In this document: piece by piece, positions 46,373-55,913 of the stretch
Numbering within the stretch: position 1 is the stretch's first letter
Layout: every line of letters starts with the position of its first letter
NCBI GenBank assembly: GCA_949284445.1
Contig: CASDVP010000007.1
Location: forward strand, 19,107-83,106
Direction of reading: 5' to 3'
Source of the DNA: an uncultured Bacillota bacterium
GTDB lineage: Bacteria; Bacillota_I; Bacilli_A; RFN20; CAG-288
DNA: 64,000 nt
Translations under genes and position numbers: made by a program
The notes under the pieces: model-generated
Told to the model about the DNA's origin: nothing
Seen by the model: only the letters and a program-made list of their open reading frames with translations
Databases searched by the model: none

Positions 46373-47719
46373 CTAGCTTTCTTTATCAGGTATTGAAACT
46401 GTGATTGTAAAGACATCATCATCGATTGTAATCTCTGATATTCCATCATACTTATGAGCTAATAATTCGATGCTTTTGATTCCTAGTCCGTGATTGACTT
46501 TGTCGCTTTTATGAGTTTTAAAGGACTTATTATTCTGATCGTATTGAATATCACCGCTGAAATAGTTGTAACAGACAATCTTAGATAAATGCTGTTTATC
46601 ACTGACATCTACAGAAATGATTCTCTTTTCTTTGTTTTGAATTTGCATGACGGCTTCGATTGCGTTATCAAGGATATTTCCTACTAGTGTATATAAATCA
46701 GTGTTAGACACTTCTTTAAAGGCATTAGGATTGACATTCATCGTCAGCTTGATATCGTGTTTTTTGCAATAATACCATTTTTCTTGCAAGATGATATTTA
46801 AGACCTGGTTATCAGTGACTATGATTTCATTATAGGCGCTGATATCATCATCTAATTGATTCAACAATTCTTCGGCTTCTTTTCCGCCTTGTCTCAGAAT
46901 TCTCACTTGATGTTTTAAATCATGAGCTTTAATCTTTAAAGCTTCCATATTGGTTTTAGCATATTTATATTGCCATTCTTGCTGTTTTAATAGTCTTGAA
47001 GCGATGTAATTATCAATCTTCAGATCATTGTTTCGTTTGACAAAGTTATCAAAAGAGATGATCAGAGTGAGAGATAAAAGCTCTGAGATCATCGCCATGA
47101 TGTACATGAGACTGTTATCACGGCTGAAATATTCGCAGATAGAGCTGAGGATGATATTAAATAAGATGATTATACTGTAGAAAAAGAACAAGGGTTTATC
47201 TAACTTGTTCAGTGATGAATCGATGATGTTTTTGAGCAAGAGAATGCCAAAAATGAGATAGACAAATAGATAAGTGCCAACATAAAGGAATCCGCTAGCG
47301 ACCGTGATGTGTGAGATATCAAGAAAGTTCAAACTAGGATTGAATCCTTCGACGATCAAGATATAGATCGAAAAAGAAAACTGTCTTAAGGAATAAGCTT
47401 TTAAATAATTAGAAAACAATTCATATGGTCCGCCTTTAAAGAGGATTAACATCCATAAAAAGATGACGCCAAAAAGAAGTATATAACAGAAACAAGAAGT
47501 GAAAATGATCGCGACATTATTGTAGTTTACGGCTTCAAAAAAATAATTTTCAAAATAAGTGAGACCAGCTATAATACCTGCTAAAATTATAAAACCACTT
47601 ATTAATTTTAAAATAAAATGCTTTCTTCTCTCCAGCTTGTAGAAAAATAAAAAAGAAGCGAGCAAAGTCTCTATGATCAGAAGCGTCCATCTGAACGCAT
47701 AAAATGAAATCGAGTTCAT
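46373..47719 (-). CDS. Membrane sensor histidine kinase of the HPK10 (AgrC/LytS-like) type, GHKL ATPase.
   Basis: 6-7 N-terminal TM helices. H-box region KAHDLKHQVRIL. The C-terminal HATPase region has an N-box (NILDNAIEA) and G-box (HGLGIKSIE). It lies 4 nt downstream of the LytTR regulator gene. Confidence 0.75.
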   Translation of the reverse strand: MNSISFYAFRWTLLIIETLLASFLFFYKLERRKHFILKLISGFIILAGIIAGLTYFENYFFEAVNYNNVAIIFTSCFCYILLFGVIFLWMLILFKGGPYELFSNYLKAYSLRQFSFSIYILIVEGFNPSLNFLDISHITVASGFLYVGTYLFVYLIFGILLLKNIIDSSLNKLDKPLFFFYSIIILFNIILSSICEYFSRDNSLMYIMAMISELLSLTLIISFDNFVKRNNDLKIDNYIASRLLKQQEWQYKYAKTNMEALKIKAHDLKHQVRILRQGGKEAEELLNQLDDDISAYNEIIVTDNQVLNIILQEKWYYCKKHDIKLTMNVNPNAFKEVSNTDLYTLVGNILDNAIEAVMQIQNKEKRIISVDVSDKQHLSKIVCYNYFSGDIQYDQNNKSFKTHKSDKVNHGLGIKSIELLAHKYDGISEITIDDDVFTITVSIPDKES

Positions 47720-47723
47720 GATT

Positions 47724-48431
47724 TTAATTTATATATGAGCTAAAAGCTAATAAGAAACTGTCTTTATACATCCTAGTCAAAGGGATGCGATTATCGCTAT
47801 CAGTGAGTATAACTTCTTGTTTATTGATCTCTTTCACATATTTTAAGTTTACTAAAAAGGAATTAGATGGGCGAGCAAATTTATTAGAGATAGTTGCTGA
47901 TAATTCCTTCATGGTGCCTCTGACAATATGGGTTTTATCTTTTAAATGGATATATAAATAATGTTTGATGATCTCGAAATAAAGGATGTCGTTTTCTTTC
48001 AGGGTGATGATTCCATCAGTTGATTTAAAAGTCAGGATTTTGTCACTTTCTTTATTGATGCGTTTGAGGGCTTTTTTGATTTTTAATGAAAATTCAAAAT
48101 AGCTTAGTGGTTTTAAGATATAATCGATAGCATCGACATCATAGCTATCTACTGCAAATTGAGCAGTTTTAGTTATGAACATGATCGGAATATCTGGGTT
48201 AGTTAATCTTATTTTCTTAGCGACATCGATACCATTGACTTGTTCATTCAGAATGATATCTAGAAGAACTAAGTCATAGTTATTAAAATCCAGTTTTAAA
48301 AACTCATCGGATTTACTGAGAGCAGTGAGCTCATATCCGATATCGTTTTCCTTAGAAAAGCGAGAAAGAAACTCCTCAGTGATCTTTCTTTCAGCTTCTT
48401 CATCTTCTAATAATGCAATTCTAAGTTTCAT
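47724..48431 (-). CDS. Response regulator with a LytTR DNA-binding domain (AgrA/LytR family).
   Basis: Receiver domain (MKLRIALLEDEE...DLVLLDI) and LytTR domain (ILTFKSTDGIITLKENDILYFEI...LYIHLKDKTHIVRGTMKEL). Confidence 0.85.
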   Translation of the reverse strand: MKLRIALLEDEEAERKITEEFLSRFSKENDIGYELTALSKSDEFLKLDFNNYDLVLLDIILNEQVNGIDVAKKIRLTNPDIPIMFITKTAQFAVDSYDVDAIDYILKPLSYFEFSLKIKKALKRINKESDKILTFKSTDGIITLKENDILYFEIIKHYLYIHLKDKTHIVRGTMKELSATISNKFARPSNSFLVNLKYVKEINKQEVILTDSDNRIPLTRMYKDSFLLAFSSYIN

Positions 48432-48483
48432 AGCTCTAATAGAATATATAGCACAAGAAAGCGCTTTTTTAAAGTAAAAAAGT

Positions 48484-48515
48484 ACCCGTTTTATTTAAAC
48501 AGGTACCTTTTTCTT
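48484..48515. terminator. Bidirectional hairpin between the GH3 gene and the two-component-system genes.
   Basis: GTACCCGTTT...AAACAGGTAC stem flanked by A and T runs. Confidence 0.45.
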
Positions 48516-48529
48516 ATAACAAGGAGTTA

Positions 48530-51385
48530 TTAAGCGTTGTCTTCTGGTTGATCTTTCTTGGATTTCTTGTTGAGGATGTACATCAACCAGCAATAACCAA
48601 TTCCACCTAATGATAAGACGAAGACAAGACAATCGACAGTGATCAAGACAGGTCTCCACGGGAATGTCCAGGCTGTACTGGCGATCAGATCACCAGAATC
48701 ATTGACTTTATATGATTCATCGACTGCCCAGGAATTAGTGATCGCATAACAGATGTTTTTAGCAGCGCGATGGATGTAATATTGCATGGTTTTATCGTTT
48801 TGATAATCAGTGAGTTGCCAGTTGCTTTGATTGGTGTTTAACCAAATATCTGTGCCAGCCCATAATCCGGAAACGATATCTTGATAGAACATTGCAGAGA
48901 CACTGGCTTGGTCGGTGATGACCATTCCTTTAAATCCCCATTCATCTCTGAGCAATTCGGTCATCGCACCTCTATGAGCACCGATCCAACGAGAACCGAT
49001 TCTATTCATAGCAGCCATCAAGGCATTGGTTCCACCTTCGACTGCACCTTCAAAGCCTTTGGTATAGATTTCACGGATAGCTTGTTCATTAGCGAAGATC
49101 GCACCACCATAACGATTGGTTTCCTGATCGTTTAAGAAGAAGTGTTTGGTATAAGTGATGACACCTTTGGATCTCAAGCCTTCGACTTCACTTTTTGCCA
49201 TCTCATATGAGAGATGGGCATCTTCAGAATAATATTCAAAATTACGACCGGAATATGGTGAACGATGGATATTAGCACCAGGGCCATAGACACCAGCGAC
49301 ATTGATTGAGATGGTATCTTGACCAAATAAGACACCTAAATCATGGATCAGTTCAACGTTCCAAGTGGAAGCCATCAACACTTCAGCCGGCCAAGCCATT
49401 GAACTGACACCGCTGACTAATGTTCCAGAAACACCGCTAGGTCCATCCTTATCTTGAGTAGGTGGCAAACCGATTTTGTCGATTTGAATGGTAGAATAAC
49501 CGCCTAATCTGATGAGTCTAGTCATCTGTGAATAAGATAATTGATTGACTAAGTCATCCCATTTTGGATCATCATAAGGAACACCGATTAAATCTTTGAC
49601 TGAATATGAAGTAGATGTGCTGTTTTGAGTGAATGTGAAATTATTGATCGCTTCATCATCTTCAGTATCAGTGTTTACATCGTAAAATGGTAAGTCATCA
49701 AGTAGATCTTGGCTAGCATTCCATGAGCCATTAGAATAAGTTGTTGGATATGTACCTCTCCAATCACTTCTGGATAAATATTTGTATTCAGATTCAGAAT
49801 AATAGTTTATATCTACATCTTCAAAGAGGTTTGTGATCTCTGTACCTGTGTCTGAGGTGCTATAAGTAGTTGAATCAGTGCTTTCTTGGTTGAATGCTAC
49901 TTTTGCAAAAGAGCTGTTACCATCATAGTCCATGCCATCAGCAGTGGTCTTTCCCTTCAAAGCGAGAATATTGTTTAAAGCATCATGAGCATTTCTACCG
50001 ACGGATAAATAATAATCACCTGGAGTCAAGACATAAGTTTTAGCTGTTTGATAATCATAAGAGGTCAAATCTTTTTTATCGACGGTGATAGTGACATCGG
50101 TTTCAGCATCTTTAGCTAATTCAATAGTTTTGCTGAACCCGACTAATTCGACAGATGAAGTTTCTACTCCACCTTTTGTATATGGCTTTTGCGCATATAG
50201 TTCAACAACATCTTTTCCGGCTCTATCACCGGTGTTTTTGACATGAACGGTGACATCAAATGATTTTTTATCATCGCTTTCAGTCACTGAGAAGTTAGAC
50301 CATTCAAAAGTTGTATAGCTAAGACCATATCCGAATGGATATTGGACCTCAGAAGTATAGTCATAATCACCAGCATTTCCTTGTCCGAGGACTCTATCTT
50401 CGTATCTGGTCTCATAATATCTATAACCGACATAGATACCTTCACCATAGACTAAGTATTTATTTCCTCTGTCGACATTGCTGTTAGTGATGTTGTAATC
50501 TCCGAAATTTTGGATTGAAGGAGCGCTTTTTGAATCATAGGCATAAGTATCGACTAATCTTCCTGAAGGATTGACATCGCCTTTTAAAATATTAGGAATC
50601 GCATACATACCTTCTTGACCAACACCGCCAATCCAAAGGGCAGCTTTGATGTTTTCGTATGCAGGATCTTCTAAGACATCTAGTTCGATCGGATTATTAG
50701 TGTTGATGACAAGAATGACTTTGTCAAAATTATCGCAAGCTAATTTTAATAAGTCACGTTCGTTTTGATCGATTTGTAAATAAGTATATCCAGTGTTTAA
50801 ATCAGCAGTCGGAATATCGGCGCTCTCTCCACCGCTTCTTCCTAAAGAGACAACGGCTACATCATCGTCTTTCAAGGAACTTATCACTTTATCAGTGTAG
50901 ACGTTTTGTGGAACTTCATTGACAGCAAAGTCACCCTTTCCAGATTGATCGGGAGTCTTTTTACGATAACCTTTGCCAGCGCCAGAAGTGTAGAAATTCC
51001 ACAATGTTTCATTGACTTTATAGCCTTCTCGTTCAAATGCGCTCTTTAAAGTCGGTGCATTAGCTGTATCAACTGATCCTGAACCAGAGCCACCATAGAC
51101 GAAATCAACTGAATTCTGACCTAATAATGCAACATTAGTCTCAGCAGCTGCTAATGGTAAAGCATTATCTTCATTCTTTAATAAGACAGTGCCTTCATCA
51201 GCGACTTCTTCACACAATTTTTTGGATGCTTCACTAGCAGTATAATCACTTCTAGTGAGATAAACATCGAGCAGGTTTTGATATTGATAAGCAAATATTG
51301 TTCCTACAATCAAAGCAGCAGATAAGATTCCACCTATTGAAGTTGTGATGATCGCTGCTTTCAAAGAGACTTTTCTCTTTTTCAT
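48530..51385 (-). CDS. Glycoside hydrolase family 3, paralog of the 42882..45842 gene. Same permuted, doubly membrane-anchored architecture.
   Basis: N-terminal TM (AAIITTSIGGILSAALIVGTIFAY). EEGTVLLKNEDNALPL. Catalytic barrel near the C-terminus (KHFFLNDQETNR...GFKGMVITDQ). C-terminal TM (VLITVDCLVFVLSLGGIGYCWLMYIL). 951 aa. Confidence 0.85.
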   Translation of the reverse strand: MKKRKVSLKAAIITTSIGGILSAALIVGTIFAYQYQNLLDVYLTRSDYTASEASKKLCEEVADEGTVLLKNEDNALPLAAAETNVALLGQNSVDFVYGGSGSGSVDTANAPTLKSAFEREGYKVNETLWNFYTSGAGKGYRKKTPDQSGKGDFAVNEVPQNVYTDKVISSLKDDDVAVVSLGRSGGESADIPTADLNTGYTYLQIDQNERDLLKLACDNFDKVILVINTNNPIELDVLEDPAYENIKAALWIGGVGQEGMYAIPNILKGDVNPSGRLVDTYAYDSKSAPSIQNFGDYNITNSNVDRGNKYLVYGEGIYVGYRYYETRYEDRVLGQGNAGDYDYTSEVQYPFGYGLSYTTFEWSNFSVTESDDKKSFDVTVHVKNTGDRAGKDVVELYAQKPYTKGGVETSSVELVGFSKTIELAKDAETDVTITVDKKDLTSYDYQTAKTYVLTPGDYYLSVGRNAHDALNNILALKGKTTADGMDYDGNSSFAKVAFNQESTDSTTYSTSDTGTEITNLFEDVDINYYSESEYKYLSRSDWRGTYPTTYSNGSWNASQDLLDDLPFYDVNTDTEDDEAINNFTFTQNSTSTSYSVKDLIGVPYDDPKWDDLVNQLSYSQMTRLIRLGGYSTIQIDKIGLPPTQDKDGPSGVSGTLVSGVSSMAWPAEVLMASTWNVELIHDLGVLFGQDTISINVAGVYGPGANIHRSPYSGRNFEYYSEDAHLSYEMAKSEVEGLRSKGVITYTKHFFLNDQETNRYGGAIFANEQAIREIYTKGFEGAVEGGTNALMAAMNRIGSRWIGAHRGAMTELLRDEWGFKGMVITDQASVSAMFYQDIVSGLWAGTDIWLNTNQSNWQLTDYQNDKTMQYYIHRAAKNICYAITNSWAVDESYKVNDSGDLIASTAWTFPWRPVLITVDCLVFVLSLGGIGYCWLMYILNKKSKKDQPEDNA

Positions 51386-51410
51386 ATAAAATCACCTTAA
51401 TTTATAGTCG

Positions 51411-52496
51411 TTAAGCGTTAGGATCAGTTAAAGACATTTCAGCAGCACCATCTTTGAAGTAGCAGACATATTCTTGACCATAAGCTTTGATGACATCTTC
51501 TTTGCCTTGAGCCATGTTCTTTTCACCTTGGGTTTTAGCAGGTAATTCTGTCGGATAAACTTGATTTTTATCTCCAGTATTGATCTGAATATTAAAACCA
51601 CCTGCTTTAGAATAGGAATTTAATAAGACATCACTAGCAGTGCCTAAAGTGGTCTTGGTATAGCCATCAACCGGTGCGTCTTGAGTATAGGTGCCTTGAT
51701 TATAAACAATGGTGGTTGCTAATATTTGCGAATATCCGTATTGAACATTAGTTGAGAAATATTCGTATTTATCATCAGTGTAAGTGATGACTATATCAAT
51801 TTTAGCGTCATAAGAACCTTCGCCCATGCTTCCTGGCACCGCAGTTTTATCAGTGATTCTGACATCTTTAAAATCACTTGTTAATAATTTAGAGACATCA
51901 CCAGAAGCGGTGGAAACAGTCGTTTTGACTTTGCTACCATCTTCATTTGATTCCTCTGTTTCATTCGGATCAGTGAAAGAGAAGACGTTTTTACTATCTT
52001 CGGCATAAATTTTAAAACCGGTAGCATAATCGCTGTTAAGAACATCTTCTTTGTTCTGAGCCATGTTCTTTTCACCTTGGGTTTTAGCAGGTAATTCAAC
52101 TGGGTAAACCTGATCCTTATCAGCGGTGTTTATAGCTATAGAAAAACCACCGGCGGTAGAATAAGAATTGATGAGGAATTCACTCGCTTTATTGAGATCA
52201 TATCCAGTGACACCATCTTCAGAGGCTCCTTTAGTATAAGTGCCGTAACGAATACTGGCAGTTGAAGCCATGACCATGCCATAGCCATAATTGACTGAAG
52301 TGTAGATCATCTCATAAAGACCACCTTCGTAGAATTGAACTTGATAAGCATCAGCAACCCATCCACCATAAGCGTTGGTGTAGGTTTCTGAATAGGCATA
52401 AGAATCGATCAATTCAGCTTTTTGTGTTGTGTTTCCACAGGCTGTAAGACCGCTTACAGCTAAGAGAGATAATAAGGGTAATAATACTTTTTTCAT
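51411..52496 (-). CDS. Surface lipoprotein with an internal tandem duplication, immediately upstream of and co-oriented with the GH3 gene.
   Basis: GGAGG lies 8 nt before the ATG of MKKVLLPLLSLLAVSGLTACG (lipobox); the track ORF starts 12 codons earlier. Two repeats of about 180 aa each end ...AGGF.I.INT.DK.QVYP.ELPAKTQGEKNMAQ.KEDV. The DNA repeat gttcttttcaccttgggttttagcaggtaattc occurs near 51519 and 52063. Confidence 0.65.
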   Translation of the reverse strand: MKKVLLPLLSLLAVSGLTACGNTTQKAELIDSYAYSETYTNAYGGWVADAYQVQFYEGGLYEMIYTSVNYGYGMVMASTASIRYGTYTKGASEDGVTGYDLNKASEFLINSYSTAGGFSIAINTADKDQVYPVELPAKTQGEKNMAQNKEDVLNSDYATGFKIYAEDSKNVFSFTDPNETEESNEDGSKVKTTVSTASGDVSKLLTSDFKDVRITDKTAVPGSMGEGSYDAKIDIVITYTDDKYEYFSTNVQYGYSQILATTIVYNQGTYTQDAPVDGYTKTTLGTASDVLLNSYSKAGGFNIQINTGDKNQVYPTELPAKTQGEKNMAQGKEDVIKAYGQEYVCYFKDGAAEMSLTDPNA

Positions 52497-52821
52497 ACAT
52501 GTTTCCTCCTTGTTAAGAAACCACAAAAACATTAGTTTAAAAACGCTTACATTTCAAATAATTGGCATAAAAGTATAATTTTTAGGCACAGAATTCTTTG
52601 ACTATGCTGATTTGATCACTATTTTGTTTGTAGAAAAAAAGGGCTTTCATTTACATTTGACTTTATTTTCAAAATCGGTGGTTATGAGAAGGCGAGAATT
52701 TTATGGTATAAGTGATATGAGGTAAAATTTAATAAAAAAACATTTACTTTAAAACGTTGTTAGTTATATAATACTCAATGCTGTTTTCAGCATATTTTAG
52801 ATTGATACGGAGGATAAGCAT

Positions 52822-53010
52822 ATGGCAGTACCTTTTAGAAGAACTGGTGTCACCGCTAAGAGATTGAGAAGAACTCATTTTGTTTTAAAAGCTACCAATA
52901 CTCAATCTTGTTCTCATTGTGGTGCACAAATCCAACCTCACCGCGTTTGCCCTAATTGTGGTTTCTATAGAGGCAAAAAGGTTATTGAAGTTAAATCTTC
53001 CGCTGAATAA
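52822..53010 (+). CDS. rpmF: 50S ribosomal protein L32.
   Basis: MAVPFRRTGVTAKRLRRTHF...CSHCGAQIQPHRVCPNCGFYRGKKV is typical L32 with Zn-ribbon cysteines. GGAGGA RBS. Confidence 0.9.
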   Translation: MAVPFRRTGVTAKRLRRTHFVLKATNTQSCSHCGAQIQPHRVCPNCGFYRGKKVIEVKSSAE

Positions 53011-53024
53011 TTTATTATCAGATG

Positions 53025-53060
53025 AAAAAGGACTGCAGGTCAAAAGCTTGCAGTTTTTTT
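53025..53060 (+). terminator. Rho-independent terminator after rpmF.
   Basis: CTGCAGGTCAAAAGCTTGCAG followed by TTTTTTT. Confidence 0.7.
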
Positions 53061-53088
53061 AGTATCATTAAGATAAAAGAGGTGAATC

Positions 53089-53547
53089 ATGACACATGAA
53101 GAAGAGATCGGTCTTTTGACAGGTGAATATTTACAGGTGAGCCAATATGCTTTATATACAGCTTTTAAAGCTACAAGTTTATATGTTCAGAGCTTAAGAA
53201 ATGATAATTATCGACACGGGTCTGAAGAAGTCGACTTAGCTTTATCTGAAAGCGATAGACTAGTGAAAGAATTCCAAGGGAAAAGCCAAGCTGAAATACT
53301 GTCCTATTTTGAGAATAAAGGATTGTCTGTCAAAGAGATCAGTTCATTAAAAAAGATGTTAGAAAGAAGAGACTATCTGGTCTCTAATTTCTTCATCGAT
53401 CATTCTGATGAATTAGCTAGTCAAGATGTTCAGGCTTATGACAAAATCATCGATGAATTGAACAAGTGGATTGATGAGACGTCTTACTTGAACCGATCAC
53501 TGAGCAAAACAATGAACAAATCGATCGACTCTTTCAGTAAAATTTAG
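53089..53547 (+). CDS. Hypothetical protein.
   Basis: 152 aa, acidic/helical, no motif recognised. GAGGTG RBS. Confidence 0.4.
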   Translation: MTHEEEIGLLTGEYLQVSQYALYTAFKATSLYVQSLRNDNYRHGSEEVDLALSESDRLVKEFQGKSQAEILSYFENKGLSVKEISSLKKMLERRDYLVSNFFIDHSDELASQDVQAYDKIIDELNKWIDETSYLNRSLSKTMNKSIDSFSKI

Positions 53548-53581
53548 TTAAAAAACAAGCTTTAATAGCATATAATTTTAC

Positions 53582-54868
53582 TTGTTAGGAGCTGTTCAGA
53601 ACGAAATGTTTTATTTTTCACAACTCAATACTGCACTGGATAAAATCATCAATCAACATCGACCTTTTCGCAAAGTTTTTTTCAAAATTTTTGTGAATGA
53701 AAAAATCGCTGCTATCGATCAGAAGAACTTTGTTTCGATCACGCTTGATATCTTAAGAAATTATTTTATTTTAGATTTTGCCTTAGCTGATACTCTTGAA
53801 CACTATCAGAGCAAATCAAAAGAGGCTTTTTTGTTTTTGATCGTTTTATATCTTTTGAGATTTAAAAAAGCCGATGAAGAAGATATCTACGAACAATATC
53901 TTAATTGTAAGACGTTGTTAAGATTAAACGCCGATAAGAATGATTTTACGATGATAGTTAAGCTTTCTAAGCAACCTCATTTATTAAGCGATGAGATCAA
54001 GAGGCATCCGTATTTATATAATTCTTTAATTCTTAATGTTCCAGAATTTTTGTTGCGCAGTTTTGTAGCTGATTTTGGAACTGAGATGGCACCAAAGATC
54101 GCTATCTCTTTGCATTCTAAAGCGGCTTCTTTTTATCTGCCGTATAAGAATGATGAGATCGAATCACCATTATTATCTAAAATCCGTTTATCTTCGAGTG
54201 AATACATCTATCGAGCTATAGATAAGCAAGCTGTTAAGAATGAGATCAAATCAGCTTCTTTAGATGCTATTCCACTAGATTTTTCATTCGCTTATTATCT
54301 TTCTAAAATAGATGAATTTGTTTTGGGATCAAAAGTTATCGCTTTCAATCAAACATCACCGTTTATGTCTTTATATTTAGCGAAGAAATTATCGTCCTGC
54401 TTAGGTAAAATCACTCCGGTTTTTGTTTCCGATGATTCATATAGATTAGCACTTGATATCAAGAAGAAATATCAGGCTGATAACTATTATCCTTTATTTG
54501 CAAAAACTGAACTGGTCAAGACTTATGAAGCCTATGAGGATTTCCAGATCGTTTTATTCGAAGGAAAAGATACTGGAATCGGCAAGATCTCTTCTGCCTT
54601 TTCCCTTTTACCATCTCTGAGAGAGACCGATTTCCAAGCTTCTTATCAGTGCCAACTCTCTGGCTTGATCGAAGCTAGTGATTTTGTTAAACCTGATGGT
54701 TTGCTTCTCTTTTATAATCATTCATTATTAAATGTTGATAGCAAACGAGTGACCACGATGTTTTTAAGAGAAAAGAAGAACTTCACTGTGTTAAAAGAAA
54801 GCTATCTATTCCCGTTTGATCATGATTCCGATGGTGGTTATTTTTCTCTTATGAGGAGAGCATACTGA
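53582..54868 (+). CDS. RsmB/Sun-like protein (NusB-like N-domain plus a Rossmann-fold methyltransferase-like C-domain) with degenerate SAM-binding and catalytic motifs. Probable pseudoenzyme.
   Basis: It sits in the rsmB slot before rlmN, the PP2C gene and the kinase gene. The C-domain aligns by eye to RsmB motifs. Motif I VLDLCAAPGGKT reads VIAFNQTSPFMS. Motif IV FDRILLDAPCSG reads FQIVLFEGKDTG. Motif VI GG.LVYSTCS reads DGLLLFYNHS. Confidence 0.6.
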   Translation: MLGAVQNEMFYFSQLNTALDKIINQHRPFRKVFFKIFVNEKIAAIDQKNFVSITLDILRNYFILDFALADTLEHYQSKSKEAFLFLIVLYLLRFKKADEEDIYEQYLNCKTLLRLNADKNDFTMIVKLSKQPHLLSDEIKRHPYLYNSLILNVPEFLLRSFVADFGTEMAPKIAISLHSKAASFYLPYKNDEIESPLLSKIRLSSSEYIYRAIDKQAVKNEIKSASLDAIPLDFSFAYYLSKIDEFVLGSKVIAFNQTSPFMSLYLAKKLSSCLGKITPVFVSDDSYRLALDIKKKYQADNYYPLFAKTELVKTYEAYEDFQIVLFEGKDTGIGKISSAFSLLPSLRETDFQASYQCQLSGLIEASDFVKPDGLLLFYNHSLLNVDSKRVTTMFLREKKNFTVLKESYLFPFDHDSDGGYFSLMRRAY

Positions 54869-55911
54869 TGAGAAGCATATATTCTTATTCTTTAGAAGAG
54901 CTGACTAGCAAAATGATTTCGATGAATCAGTCTAGCTATCGCGCTAAACAGATTTTTAGTTGGCTTTATAAAAAGAGAGTGACCTCATTCGATGAGATGA
55001 GCGATATATCCAAGGCTTTTTGTGCAGTTTTAAAACAAGAATTTGATTTTTCTTTACCGACTCCGACCGTCGTTCAAGAATCTGCAGATGGAACGATCAA
55101 ATGTCTTTTTAAATTAGAAGATGGCGAAGAGGTCGAAAGTGTCTTGATGCATTATGTCTATGGCTATTCCGTCTGTGTTTCTTCTCAAGTCGGTTGCAAT
55201 ATGGGATGTGCTTTCTGCGCCTCTGGTTTATTAAAAAAGAAGAGAAATCTATTACCGCATGAGATGCTCGGTCAGGTTTTAGCTTTCGATAAACTGTTAA
55301 AAGCGAGAGATCCTGAATTACGTGTCACCCATGTAGTCATCATGGGTACTGGTGAGCCTTTTGATAATTATGATAATGTTCTTTCTTTTATCAGAAATAT
55401 CAATTCCCCATTCGGAATCGATATCGGAGCTAGACATATCACTGTGTCAACTTGCGGTGTCGTTCCCGGCATTTTAAAATTTGGCAAAGAAGGTTTACAA
55501 GTTAATTTAGCGATTTCTCTCCATGCCCCTAATGATGAATTGCGAAACAAATTGATGCCGATCAACCACGCCTATCCGTTAGAAGAATTGATTCCAGCGA
55601 TCATTCAATACAGCAAAGATTCAAATGACAGACGAGTCACTTATGAATATATCATGATCAAGGATTTAAACGATTCTTTAGATTGTGCTAAAGAATTGTA
55701 TGATTTGATAAAACCTACCTTCGGTTATGTCAATCTCATCCCTTATAATCCAGTCATCGAAAACGGTTATGAAAGAAGCCCGAACAATAGAGTTAAAGCT
55801 TTTCATAACTATCTTCTGAAAAAAGGTATAAAATCTACTATAAGAAAAGAATTCGGCAGTGATATCGATGCTGCCTGTGGTCAATTAAGAGCTAAACATA
55901 AGGGGGAATAA
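54868..55911 (+). CDS. rlmN: Radical-SAM 23S rRNA (A2503 C2) methyltransferase RlmN.
   Basis: CNMGCAFCASG radical-SAM CxxxCxxC motif. N-terminal ..YRAKQIFSWLYKK.. Confidence 0.9.
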   Translation: MRSIYSYSLEELTSKMISMNQSSYRAKQIFSWLYKKRVTSFDEMSDISKAFCAVLKQEFDFSLPTPTVVQESADGTIKCLFKLEDGEEVESVLMHYVYGYSVCVSSQVGCNMGCAFCASGLLKKKRNLLPHEMLGQVLAFDKLLKARDPELRVTHVVIMGTGEPFDNYDNVLSFIRNINSPFGIDIGARHITVSTCGVVPGILKFGKEGLQVNLAISLHAPNDELRNKLMPINHAYPLEELIPAIIQYSKDSNDRRVTYEYIMIKDLNDSLDCAKELYDLIKPTFGYVNLIPYNPVIENGYERSPNNRVKAFHNYLLKKGIKSTIRKEFGSDIDAACGQLRAKHKGE

Positions 55912-55913
55912 AA

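Noticed and set aside
51411-52200. Repeated DNA at 51.5 and 52.07 kb as an IS or mobile element.
   Set aside because: Both copies lie within one ORF, in frame, and encode a duplicated protein domain, with no transposase or terminal inverted repeats.
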